Below, in pieces: positions 49,897 through 58,918 of a stretch of DNA of 64,000 bases. Position 1 is the stretch's first letter; every line of letters begins with the position of its first letter. Source of the stretch: a virus. Lineage: Duplodnaviria; Caudoviricetes. Where the stretch lies: the IMG/VR virus record IMGVR_UViG_3300020814_000535; one strand, 5' to 3'. Position numbers and translations under genes: made by a program. The notes below the pieces were generated by a model that was given only the letters and a program-made list of their open reading frames with translations, was not told the DNA's origin and ran no database searches.

Positions 49897-50604
49897 TTAG
49901 ATGCCAACTTTACCCGAAGAGAGGTTGACTCCACCTTGTTCCGCAATAGTAGTAGCATTCTTGCTAACTACAGGAGTCCAAGGAACAATCGAACGAGCAA
50001 TGTAGGTGTGCTGGAATTCTGTCATAATATCATCAATCGACATTCCGCAACCTTCGTTCAGAATCTCCGCTCCGAAGATACGCATTACAGCCAGATGGCC
50101 ATATTCATTTGCTGCCGCCAGCGAAATATCAAACGGAGGAATCTGGTCGGCAAACCACGCACTCGCTAGTTCCTGGTCGCCACCAACCATCGTAATTGGA
50201 CTCTCGGCATTCTGAACCGTATCCGAAGGGGTTACGCCACTTGTTGAACCAAGAGGAACGCTAGTCAGATTGCCGCTCGTTGCTACGCGGAACTCAGGAC
50301 GAATCTCGTCGATATCAGCCTGGAACAAAAGCCCGCCATCAGGAGACAGTCCGCCGAGTACGCCAAGCAGAGCATGTCGATCAAACATGGTTAGAACTAG
50401 AGTCCCAGCAATGCCGCGTTTACCTCTCGAAATAGCTCTCGGGTTAGGATCTCCCATTGTGTAAATGGGCGCCTTCTCACGGGTAATCGAATAACTAATT
50501 CCCTGCAACTCGCCAATTACCTTTGACGCCACGATCACCTTCATGTCTACACCAGAGAACGAATTATACGACTTCGAATATTTACTTGCAGTTGGGGTTG
50601 CCAA
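49897..50604 (-). CDS. tail tube protein
   Basis: directly after the sheath; AGGAGG SD; 'SFSGVD', 'REKAPIYTMG', 'RGKRGIAGTL', 'ADQIPPFDI...ANEYG'. Confidence 0.8.
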   Translation of the reverse strand: MATPTASKYSKSYNSFSGVDMKVIVASKVIGELQGISYSITREKAPIYTMGDPNPRAISRGKRGIAGTLVLTMFDRHALLGVLGGLSPDGGLLFQADIDEIRPEFRVATSGNLTSVPLGSTSGVTPSDTVQNAESPITMVGGDQELASAWFADQIPPFDISLAAANEYGHLAVMRIFGAEILNEGCGMSIDDIMTEFQHTYIARSIVPWTPVVSKNATTIAEQGGVNLSSGKVGI

Positions 50605-50617
50605 AGCTTACCTCCTA

Positions 50618-52513
50618 TTAACCCGCCGAGAGGGCTAGGGTAATGAGCAGTTGCCGCAATTCAGATACTGGCACCAAACGAAGTTTTAAGGACGCTTCTC
50701 CTCGAATTTTCTGAGAACGAGTATAGGTTAGTTCCTTTGTATATCTCTCGAGATGCGACGGAACAAAAGAAGCAAGCGCCGAATCCAGAGCAGTATCCAA
50801 GCCTACAACGCGAACATCGCTAAGTACTCCCTCTCCCAAGAATGGATCTGCTTTCGCCCTCAACGCTTCAATGACGTCCTGAACAATAAAAATTGTCATC
50901 AGTCGTTGATAATCCGAATCAGGACGAGCAGCAGTCGGAGCATCAGCAACAACGATACCCTTACGAGCATCCTTAAAGTTTACATAACGAAGCCCAGCTA
51001 GTGTGTCTAGTTTCTCGTTGTGCATACGGAACGGCAAACGAACATTGGGAACTAGCTTGTTTGTAGGAGCCTGATTGCTCTTCATTGTTGTAACAAAACC
51101 GCCGTAGTACGTAGCGGCACTAGCCATATAAGAAGTCGAAGAAGACGAGTTAGAAAACACAGCATAGGCGCTGACAACAGAGATATACTTGCCGATATCA
51201 ATCAAGTGGTCATTGTCGTCGTACTGCTGGGTGCCATCCGGCCAACCAGAATCAGTAGCAATAAAACCACCATAAGCAAGACCCTCGATAGTCTTAATAG
51301 TCAAACCACGGAGACCAGTTCCGGAATTGCCCTTCTTTCCGGCCATCCACTTGTTGCCATAGAGACCAGTCCCATTGCTCGAAGACGAGGCAATGTAGAG
51401 ATTGCCATTCGAATCCTCGGTGTAAGTAGGCAGCTTGCCAATCCATGTAGATACATGCTTGGGAGCCCACGACGTTGGAGGCTTCACGCCAATTGTGCCA
51501 ATAATGCTAACTTCGTCTTCAGTTGTGCGATAACAGAAATCAGCAAGTTGATAGGCAAAATTTGCCTCATGGAAATCTGCGCTAGTTAGCGAAGTCCCAA
51601 AAGCATCCAGAGCTGCAGAAGCAGAGCCAACCGAAGGATAAATCTCAGCCTGGCCGTCACGATCCATGTCCCACCAGAAATAATACTTACCTTCGTACTC
51701 TTGAACAAACACAAGGCCAAGAGCATCAAAAGAAGTCCCTCGGGTAGGATATGTAGTCGGATGTCCATCCCAAGGAGCACTAGTATTTAAAGTAGAAACT
51801 TCCGCAGTTGTCATGTCTTGAACGTTCAAGTCATCCAAATAAGCATCGCGGGGAATTACAACATCAATATCTTCGTTTTCAAGCATCTTGTAACCTTCAT
51901 AAAGAGCCTCAAAAAGCTCCATACGAGAAAGAAGAATGCCGTCGCTGCCAGCAGTATAAGTAGCACCCGAAACACCATCAGCTGCAGCCATAGTAATAGG
52001 GGCGGCAAGGGTACCGATATTGCTTCCACCAGTAGTAAAGGTTCCAGTTACAGCAACAAGATGTTCATCAATCGCACCAGCTGGGTAAGCGGGATTGTTA
52101 TCATAGACAAGAAGATCGTCAGAAACACGCCACACCCTCAGGCGACCAGTAGAAGCTTCAAAGAAAAGCTTTACGTTTTGGCCAGCAAGGTCGTCCTTCT
52201 CAAGGGTCTCAAGAGTTCCACCAGTGCCAATACCAGTAAGGATTGCACTCTTAGCGCCAATCCGAACAAGCTTAAAGCGCTTTCCACCGCCGGAATACGC
52301 TTCATAAAGACCACGAATAAGGGTACCTTCAGACTTGCCGTAAGCCGAAGCCGCTGTAGAAACTCCTCCTTGATCTACATCGTATACGATAGTGCTATCG
52401 CCCTTCGCAGCAGTACCAAGAATGGCAATAATTCTATTGTCGTCTTTTGCGGTTACAATTAGATTGCCGTCTTCTAAAGTTGCTCTAGTTTGCGGTAGAT
52501 TGTCGTATGCCAC
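50618..52513 (-). CDS. contractile tail sheath protein
   Basis: 'IAILGTAAKG' at the N-terminus; C-terminal 'APTNK..P', 'SDYQRL', 'FLGE', 'LVPVSELRQL'; size and synteny. Confidence 0.85.
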   Translation of the reverse strand: MAYDNLPQTRATLEDGNLIVTAKDDNRIIAILGTAAKGDSTIVYDVDQGGVSTAASAYGKSEGTLIRGLYEAYSGGGKRFKLVRIGAKSAILTGIGTGGTLETLEKDDLAGQNVKLFFEASTGRLRVWRVSDDLLVYDNNPAYPAGAIDEHLVAVTGTFTTGGSNIGTLAAPITMAAADGVSGATYTAGSDGILLSRMELFEALYEGYKMLENEDIDVVIPRDAYLDDLNVQDMTTAEVSTLNTSAPWDGHPTTYPTRGTSFDALGLVFVQEYEGKYYFWWDMDRDGQAEIYPSVGSASAALDAFGTSLTSADFHEANFAYQLADFCYRTTEDEVSIIGTIGVKPPTSWAPKHVSTWIGKLPTYTEDSNGNLYIASSSSNGTGLYGNKWMAGKKGNSGTGLRGLTIKTIEGLAYGGFIATDSGWPDGTQQYDDNDHLIDIGKYISVVSAYAVFSNSSSSTSYMASAATYYGGFVTTMKSNQAPTNKLVPNVRLPFRMHNEKLDTLAGLRYVNFKDARKGIVVADAPTAARPDSDYQRLMTIFIVQDVIEALRAKADPFLGEGVLSDVRVVGLDTALDSALASFVPSHLERYTKELTYTRSQKIRGEASLKLRLVPVSELRQLLITLALSAG

Positions 52514-52680
52514 AGATATCCTACTTTCTTTTACGCACTTTTAGGCGCGTGCAAAAGTTCCTGGTTCAACGCGGCGGGTTTCGTCGAGCGCTCTCGCTTC
52601 CGACCAGAGCCTTCCGCTCCACAGGCTGCCACCGTAAAGTCTACGGCAGTTGGTTTCAAGTTAATCGCAGCATTCAAATC
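52500..52680 (-). ncRNA. predicted omega/reRNA overlapping the tnpB 3' end, guide about 52519..52500
   Basis: GC-rich hairpins (GTCG..CGAC; CTTTT-GC-ACGCGC..GTGCGT-AAAAG) at the right end, as known for TnpB RNAs; limits approximate. Confidence 0.55.
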
Positions 52681-53750
52681 TCTATCATGAACAACACCAC
52701 ATTCTGGACAAATCCATTCTCGCACTGAAAGTGGCAATTCTTTCAATACAAATCCACAACTTGAACAAGTTTTACTTGAAGGAAAATAACGATCATGAAC
52801 TATTAATATACTTCCCGTCATTAAACACTTATATTCAAGTTGACGCCTTATTTCGGCAAAAGCCTGATCGCCAAGCAGACGAGCAAAGGGGCAATTCTCA
52901 AACATCTCTTTTACACTCAAATCCTCGATACCGATAATTGCAAAATCTCGCACCAATCTTGTAGTAAATTTATGAGTTGAGTCCCTGCGCATATTCTTTA
53001 TTTTAGCATAAAGCTTAGCTAATTTAACCTTTGCTTTATTCCAATTTGCCGAACCCCTTGCTTTTCGAGACAAGCTACGAGATAATCTGGCCAACTTTTT
53101 CACTAACTTACAACTTACTTTTAATCCTTCAACAACTTCTCCTGTGCTAAGCACAGCGAGGTTTTTAATGCCAAGATCCACCCCTACAGCCTCAGTTTGG
53201 TTCTCGCTGGACTGCAGGGTGGCCTCGGTATCAACATTGATACTTACAAACCATTTGTCAGCCGTTCGAGAGACAATTGCTGACAAAATTTTCCCGCTAA
53301 ATCGTAAAGCTTCGCGCATTCGCACCCACCCAAGCTTTGGAATGCGAATTTTACATCCCTTAACAGAAAACTGATCATTCCAAAGTGCAAAACGATCATA
53401 AACATTACGCTTTTTAAATTTTGGATAACCGCTATGTTTCTTAAAAAAGCTATCAAAAGCTTTTCCAAGATTTAAGATAGCTTGATTGCTAGCGCATTTT
53501 GTTACCTCTAGAGACCAAGGGAATCGCTCTTTACGGATCTTATTCCAAAGTACCTTAAGCTTAAGAATATTTGGTTTTTCGCCAGCTTCATACTGGCGTT
53601 GCCATTCTTCAAGCGCCCAATTATATGCAAATCTGGCTGTACCACAAGCCCGAAGCAAGTGGGCCTCTTGGTCTTTATTGGGATCAAGAGTTATTTTGTG
53701 AGCCAGAATCAATAAATATTTCCTTTAAATTTAATATCAAATTCTGCCTA
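52520..53750 (-). mobile_element. non-autonomous TnpB-only element, probably IS607-like, bounded by TAGG direct repeats
   Basis: CCTA at 52520..52523 and 53747..53750; more AT-rich than flanks; no transposase gene; terminal hairpins. Confidence 0.65.
52531..53712 (-). CDS. tnpB: RNA-guided endonuclease TnpB
   Basis: N-terminal HTH 'CGTARFAYNWAL'; RuvC triad GVDLG / IEDL / DRDLNAA; zinc finger CSSC...CPEC. Confidence 0.95.
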   Translation of the reverse strand: MILAHKITLDPNKDQEAHLLRACGTARFAYNWALEEWQRQYEAGEKPNILKLKVLWNKIRKERFPWSLEVTKCASNQAILNLGKAFDSFFKKHSGYPKFKKRNVYDRFALWNDQFSVKGCKIRIPKLGWVRMREALRFSGKILSAIVSRTADKWFVSINVDTEATLQSSENQTEAVGVDLGIKNLAVLSTGEVVEGLKVSCKLVKKLARLSRSLSRKARGSANWNKAKVKLAKLYAKIKNMRRDSTHKFTTRLVRDFAIIGIEDLSVKEMFENCPFARLLGDQAFAEIRRQLEYKCLMTGSILIVHDRYFPSSKTCSSCGFVLKELPLSVREWICPECGVVHDRDLNAAINLKPTAVDFTVAACGAEGSGRKRERSTKPAALNQELLHAPKSA

Positions 53751-53753
53751 ATG

Positions 53754-54479
53754 TTAAGAGGTTGTTAGACCCAATTCAATTACTAGTCGTTCTAATGTCT
53801 TTTCTGAGAACCGTGTAATCTTCTCTGTTCGTATATAATATGTAAGAGGGTATCCGTAAATCGTATTATTATCTATCCTCTTGACAACTCTATCTTTGCC
53901 TCCTTGATATAGTATACGCCCAACCCCCATCGCTGTTAAGAACCACATATGCTCTTCCATCAAATTTTCAAACCATCTTGCTCTTTTAGCCGCTTGCTTC
54001 GTCGTGCGACCCCAACAAGTAAAGTCAACCCAGTTGTCAAAGTACTGCCCAAGTATAGCTAATCGATAACCGTGGCTGTCTGGATCCTCTATCTCTTCTC
54101 TCAAATGAGGGCGGACTTCTCTAACCTCTGTAGCTCCGACAGATCTAGAAGCGCCACCACCAGAGATCTTTCCTGGAAGCCTCGTTCCAGGAGTAACAGT
54201 AATCGCTTCAAGCTCAGAAGCAGTTTCTGGCTCTTCATACGAGAATAACTGAAGCTTTCCGTCGTTGGTGACCCCAGAGCGAGACTCGTAGGAATCAATA
54301 CATTTTTTAACCAGATCAATAACGTCTTCAATCTCTTTCGCAGGGGCAATCGTCGTTTGGCGATCTGGAACTGAATAAGTAGCAATCTGAAGATCGTAGA
54401 TCTTTTCTACAATAATATTGGGTTCTTCAGTAGTTAGATCTTCGTCTACAAGATCTGTTCTAATGTTTCTAAGTGTCAT
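53754..54479 (-). CDS. putative tail terminator/completion protein
   Basis: immediately upstream of the sheath once the insertion is removed; 'QYFDNWVDFTCWGRT..QA' pattern. Confidence 0.6.
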   Translation of the reverse strand: MTLRNIRTDLVDEDLTTEEPNIIVEKIYDLQIATYSVPDRQTTIAPAKEIEDVIDLVKKCIDSYESRSGVTNDGKLQLFSYEEPETASELEAITVTPGTRLPGKISGGGASRSVGATEVREVRPHLREEIEDPDSHGYRLAILGQYFDNWVDFTCWGRTTKQAAKRARWFENLMEEHMWFLTAMGVGRILYQGGKDRVVKRIDNNTIYGYPLTYYIRTEKITRFSEKTLERLVIELGLTTS

Positions 54480-54482
54480 GAT

Positions 54483-55076
54483 TTATCCATAGGTAGGTGG
54501 GTTTAGATACTTAACGCTTTCTTCATGGACGAGTACTCGATAATATTCAACACGTCCATTATCTGCTCTATATTCTTCTGCTAAGTTAATACGATAGATC
54601 TTTTTTCGGGTAACTGGGGTCAAAACACTTCCTTCTTCATCTAGTTTAACCTCTATAATTCTGTCATCTGTTTCCACTGTATCAGAATATCTAAGATAGA
54701 AAATGATGGCTGGAATATTAAATAATCCGGTAGGAGAAAGTTTGTTTAGAAATGCGTTTGTTGAATCGTTTGGCGCCTGGTATTGTCTATAGGCCCGAGC
54801 CCATGATTCATCTGAAAGCACTCCCATGCTAAAGCAAATTGGACACCATCTGTCTTTGTCACATTCTTTTGTTGTTGGATCTACGCAGCTGCAGGGGATT
54901 GTGTTGTAGTTTTCGTCTCTGCGCGCGACCCTCAAAAGAACAGGATGAGCTTTTGCCACCTCGGGATAATAGCCGTCCAAAGTCCTGATAATTTCATCTC
55001 TCATACTGGCTTCTGTTGTAGAGACGCCAGAATAGAAATTTGGGCTTCCTGTGACCTTGGGATAATAATCAACCAC
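54483..55076 (-). CDS. putative head-closure/neck protein with a Cys4 zinc-binding insert
   Basis: 'CSC...CPICFSMG', 'DDRIIEV', 'YRADNGRVEYY'; synteny. Confidence 0.55.
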   Translation of the reverse strand: MVDYYPKVTGSPNFYSGVSTTEASMRDEIIRTLDGYYPEVAKAHPVLLRVARRDENYNTIPCSCVDPTTKECDKDRWCPICFSMGVLSDESWARAYRQYQAPNDSTNAFLNKLSPTGLFNIPAIIFYLRYSDTVETDDRIIEVKLDEEGSVLTPVTRKKIYRINLAEEYRADNGRVEYYRVLVHEESVKYLNPPTYG

Positions 55077-56854
55077 TAATGCTCATTTCCCTTTCCGGAA
55101 CGTCCATAGTTCGTATTGTAATAACCATTCTGCCAACGACGACTGAGAGTATATCTAGATTTTGCTTTTGCTACTGGAATGCCCCCTGTTGGTGGAGTCC
55201 ATTGTCTTCCAACTGGAGGTCTATCGGGATCTAAAAGACCTTTGGTTACTAGTTGGGGTTTACTTACCCCCGCACCTCGCGCATGGAGTGTTGCTTCCCA
55301 TTTGCCGATACAAGCAAGCGCTTTGTCCAACATTTTACTTGCGGCTTGTGGATCGTACTGAACCTCAAGATCTCCCAAACGTTTGCTTTTTAGTCCGCCA
55401 CTTTGTTGCAAGAGATTCAGGATCAGTATTTCTGCCGCACGACACGTTGTGTATTCTCGCCTAACCCAATTGTAGTAATCTTCAATTGTACTTGCTGTTG
55501 TAGCCCAGGTTAACTGATCAGATTCCTGAGACGCCACATAGATTGCAAGATTAATTGTATCGTCAGGAATTTGGCTAACTATAGCTCCGTAATCCAGGCG
55601 CACTCGTCTAACAGCGGAATAAAGAGGATAGTAGGTCGAAGTAAAATAGAACTCGTAATCAGCACCAAGCTCTACTCCACCTGAAGAAGCGACTGTTTCG
55701 TCTAGTGTCACTGTGACAACTTGATTCATTTGCACCATTCCAGATGCAACAGTTAATGTGATAGTGTCTCCACTTACCACAATTGACTTGGCAATAATCC
55801 CAGAAGCTGGGTTAAGAGAAGTATCTCCGTCTACGGGCTCTACATTAACAATAACTGTTGTATTTATTACAGTCGCCGGATCTACGGTATCAGATAGGGT
55901 GATAACAATATCGAAATCTGTATCCAAGATGGAGCTTAGGTTAGTTGCGCGATTTTCTGGAGAAGTAGACTCAACTTCAAAAGTAGTGGCCGACGTCGAA
56001 GCGCTATCGGTAACAGGAGTCCCAGTAACAGTGGTTGATGTTGTAGAGGGAAGCTCTTGAATGCTTCCGCTACCAGTAGTGAACGGCCAAGTTACATTGC
56101 CAGTAAAAACTTCCCCAGTTTTAACTACGACGGCAAAGTTGTCTCCAACCTCAAAAGTCCCGTCGCCAAAATTTATCTTTACACCGTCTCCTAAAAGAAC
56201 TACGCCCTTCTCAGTTAGAAATGGACCAAACTTTAGGGCTGGGTCAGTCCCTCGATACCAGGTAAATCGAGCAGTCCCTGCCTCGCCTGCGACAGAGATT
56301 AGAACATGGAAGGTATTTGTGGCCGCCGTACCTGTATACGAACCACAGTACTCGGCTTCTCCAGTACCAACATTGCCGCCAGGAACAGTATCAAATACCG
56401 TTCTGGTAAGGATTCCAGTCGTAAAAGCATCATCTTCATCTTCTTCTCCAGAAAGATAAACCCTGTACTCTGTATTCGCTGTAAAAGGATAGGTTGGTGT
56501 AAAGATCGCCTTAGTGCGCCAAAGACTTCCATTTCCAGACTGGTCATAGCCTGAATAGCCACCAAGACTAGTTAGTTGGATTTTCTCAAAGGTAATGTCT
56601 CCATCAACAAGGCCGTGATAATCAGAAGACTGGAGGATTTGCTCCTCGTCACCATCTTCTAGTTTATTGTGGAAAAGCAGGAGATCTGGACCAGACCAAG
56701 TATCCTGATCGGGGCCAGTAACGAAAAGATTCTTTTTTACACTTTCCTCATCAAGCTCTCTATCGAAGAGAACCCAAACCCTATCAGAAAGGATAATATT
56801 TAAGCCAGATACCGCAGGATGGATTGAGTCTATAATCGAAGAGAGAGTGGCCAG
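55076..56854 (-). CDS. Ig-like-domain neck / head-tail connector protein (592 aa, CTG start)
   Basis: hand translation shows the frame open from CTG 56854 to 55076; GAGGTG SD; Big_5-like 'FTPTYPFTANTEYRV'; C-terminal 'KSKRLGDLEVQY' connector-like motif. Confidence 0.75.
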   Translation of the reverse strand: MATLSSIIDSIHPAVSGLNIILSDRVWVLFDRELDEESVKKNLFVTGPDQDTWSGPDLLLFHNKLEDGDEEQILQSSDYHGLVDGDITFEKIQLTSLGGYSGYDQSGNGSLWRTKAIFTPTYPFTANTEYRVYLSGEEDEDDAFTTGILTRTVFDTVPGGNVGTGEAEYCGSYTGTAATNTFHVLISVAGEAGTARFTWYRGTDPALKFGPFLTEKGVVLLGDGVKINFGDGTFEVGDNFAVVVKTGEVFTGNVTWPFTTGSGSIQELPSTTSTTVTGTPVTDSASTSATTFEVESTSPENRATNLSSILDTDFDIVITLSDTVDPATVINTTVIVNVEPVDGDTSLNPASGIIAKSIVVSGDTITLTVASGMVQMNQVVTVTLDETVASSGGVELGADYEFYFTSTYYPLYSAVRRVRLDYGAIVSQIPDDTINLAIYVASQESDQLTWATTASTIEDYYNWVRREYTTCRAAEILILNLLQQSGGLKSKRLGDLEVQYDPQAASKMLDKALACIGKWEATLHARGAGVSKPQLVTKGLLDPDRPPVGRQWTPPTGGIPVAKAKSRYTLSRRWQNGYYNTNYGRSGKGNEH

Positions 56855-56859
56855 CTACC

Positions 56860-57558
56860 TCACCTCTTTTTAGGTTTAACTATTTTTGGTGTACCATCTG
56901 GTAGAAAATCAATCATTTGCCCTTCCTCATCATCTACATTGTAAACTACTTTCTCCTTAACGTCACCGACCACCTCGGGAAGATTCTTGAATTCCCCTTC
57001 TGCTTCAAGGATTTTCTTGTGACGGATATTCTTCAATTTATCTTGCAAAAGAGCCTTCACTGAATTCCGATTCTTTCCTTCTTGCTCATACTTTAGAAGG
57101 GCAAGAAGAAGAGTCGTGTCCTCCCCCTTGCCTGCAAGATAATCTCTAATTGCCTTCCAGGAACCTTTAACAACTGTCTTGCACTGCTCTTCAAACCGAG
57201 CCTGTTTCTCTTCCTGTTTTGCAGCTACCTCAAGAAGTTTCTGCTGAACCTTTTTATTCTCCATCTCTTGGATATACGAAACAACTTCTGGAGAGGCCTG
57301 CTCCTCCATCTCTTTTACTTCTTCTGCTTTCTTCTGAGAAACAATTCGCAGCAATACATGGATGGGAACGCTACTTTCAACACTGCCACTATGAACAGAA
57401 CTGACGAGGTACTGTTGATCTGGATCGCTGAGGACCTCAAAGTCAACCTCTGCAGGACCGGGATTGGCAAACGTCAGATGAATATCATATCCAGAGCCCT
57501 GAAAAAACCACATAGGTGGACCTGGATCAGGAAGGGTAATTCTGGTAATAGCGGACAT
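56860..57558 (-). CDS. hypothetical head-region protein
   Basis: charged helical protein with an 'EQEGKNRNSV' motif; AGGAG SD. Confidence 0.7.
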   Translation of the reverse strand: MSAITRITLPDPGPPMWFFQGSGYDIHLTFANPGPAEVDFEVLSDPDQQYLVSSVHSGSVESSVPIHVLLRIVSQKKAEEVKEMEEQASPEVVSYIQEMENKKVQQKLLEVAAKQEEKQARFEEQCKTVVKGSWKAIRDYLAGKGEDTTLLLALLKYEQEGKNRNSVKALLQDKLKNIRHKKILEAEGEFKNLPEVVGDVKEKVVYNVDDEEGQMIDFLPDGTPKIVKPKKR

Positions 57559-57638
57559 AGAGTACTCCTGTGACTTTAGGGCGAGTTCTTGTTTCTAGAT
57601 GTTAGGTTAAACTCGACGAAAGGTCAAGGAGAAGTCTA
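57559..57638 (-). promoter_or_regulatory. long imperfect hairpin covering the SD, overlapping a sigma70-like promoter
   Basis: CTCCTTGACCTTT pairs with AAAGTCACAGGAG and CGAGTT with AACTCG; TTGACC-N17-TAACAT at 57627..57599. Confidence 0.5.
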
Positions 57639-57639
57639 G

Positions 57640-58884
57640 TTAGCTAATGGCAGTGGAAGGATCGATATCAGCAAAAGTACCAGAAGTTTCGATAGTGGCC
57701 TGAGCAGGCAGTACAATCTGGTTCGGACGAACGAACACGTTACGCATTACACCAATTGCCTGGCCTTCGGAGAAGATGGCGATACCATAGCGTTCGCGCA
57801 TCTTAATCTTGAGCAGGTCGCGTGCAGGGTCTTCCCACTGGCCAGAGTTAACTTCCTCGTCCACGATAAGAGCGCCAAGCTCATTGCGGTCAAACATGTA
57901 GATATCCGTGATTCGACGACGAGCATCAAAGTACACGAACGGAGACACGATGATCACAAGAGGAATATTGGCATAGCTCGGAAGCTGAGGAGCCGAAGTC
58001 AGTGTCTGCGGATACGACAAAGTCGGAGTAGCAGTCGAGCTATTCGGTACAGCAGAGCCAGTCGCGGTCTGGCCAGGGTTAATGTATTGGCCGCCCGAAA
58101 CACCCATTTTGCTGTGCCACGAAGCCTTATCAGAGGGGCTCCCAGTCCACGAAGCAAAGAATACGCCTCCACCATTTTGCAGAGCAAATGCGCGGAGTAC
58201 TGGGTCTTTCACGAACATAACCCATGTAAGTGGGTGAACCAAAAGGGTATTCGGGTTAAAACCCTGAGCATTGACCTGGCCCCAGGTATCAAAAATGTCA
58301 TCCACAATAACCGAGCCATTCGGCTGACCGTTCAAACCTCTGCCGTGAGTTACGCCAAAGAGAGAGCGAGTGGGCTGAAGGTTATCAAAAACAGTGGTGC
58401 CCATTGCGCGAATGTAATTAAAAATCTTCTTCTCTTTATGGCGGGCAAGAGCGCGACCAGCAGCGCGAAGATGCATGCCCATTACATCGTACTGAGAGTA
58501 GCGAAGCATTTCCTCTGTAAACTTAACAGCTACGCCGCTCTTTCCGATATTCGCGGTAACAACCCCGCCACCCATATCCAGGCTGCGCTCTGGATATTCC
58601 TGGCCTTCTCCAACTTCCGCAGCTTCAAGAGCCCCAACCGCTGGGAAACTAATCTGCTGCCCATAGCTAAATCGGATTTCCTGCAGGAGGCTTGCACCAA
58701 TCATCAGGGGTTCCATAGCCTCCATAACCGTCCGATTGATTACCTTCGGGAAAAGCAGAGGAGCTGATGTGGTGCTAATGGCATCATTAATCGACAGACG
58801 CTCATTGGAATCTGAGCCAGGGATTCGACCGTTATTATCCCAGATCCACTTCAGCTCGGACCAATCGTTAATTTGATAACTCAT
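57640..58884 (-). CDS. major capsid protein (HK97 fold)
   Basis: 'LLFPKVI', 'AAEVGEGQEYP', 'KSGVAVKFTEEM', 'PNTLLVHP', 'MRERYGIAI'; AGGAGG SD; synteny. Confidence 0.9.
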   Translation of the reverse strand: MSYQINDWSELKWIWDNNGRIPGSDSNERLSINDAISTTSAPLLFPKVINRTVMEAMEPLMIGASLLQEIRFSYGQQISFPAVGALEAAEVGEGQEYPERSLDMGGGVVTANIGKSGVAVKFTEEMLRYSQYDVMGMHLRAAGRALARHKEKKIFNYIRAMGTTVFDNLQPTRSLFGVTHGRGLNGQPNGSVIVDDIFDTWGQVNAQGFNPNTLLVHPLTWVMFVKDPVLRAFALQNGGGVFFASWTGSPSDKASWHSKMGVSGGQYINPGQTATGSAVPNSSTATPTLSYPQTLTSAPQLPSYANIPLVIIVSPFVYFDARRRITDIYMFDRNELGALIVDEEVNSGQWEDPARDLLKIKMRERYGIAIFSEGQAIGVMRNVFVRPNQIVLPAQATIETSGTFADIDPSTAIS

Positions 58885-58918
58885 ATTAAATTCCTCCTAC
58901 GAGAAAAGAAGTTCTTAA

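Noticed and set aside
52520-53750. TnpB element as an IStron (group I intron) or a nuclease-dead TldR regulator
   Set aside because: The left end is only 34 nt, the insertion is intergenic, and all three RuvC catalytic residues are intact
55928-56859. Apparent ~930-nt non-coding gap or ncRNA, and the small ORFs called within it
   Set aside because: It is the open, in-frame 5' part of the CTG-initiated 55076..56854 gene
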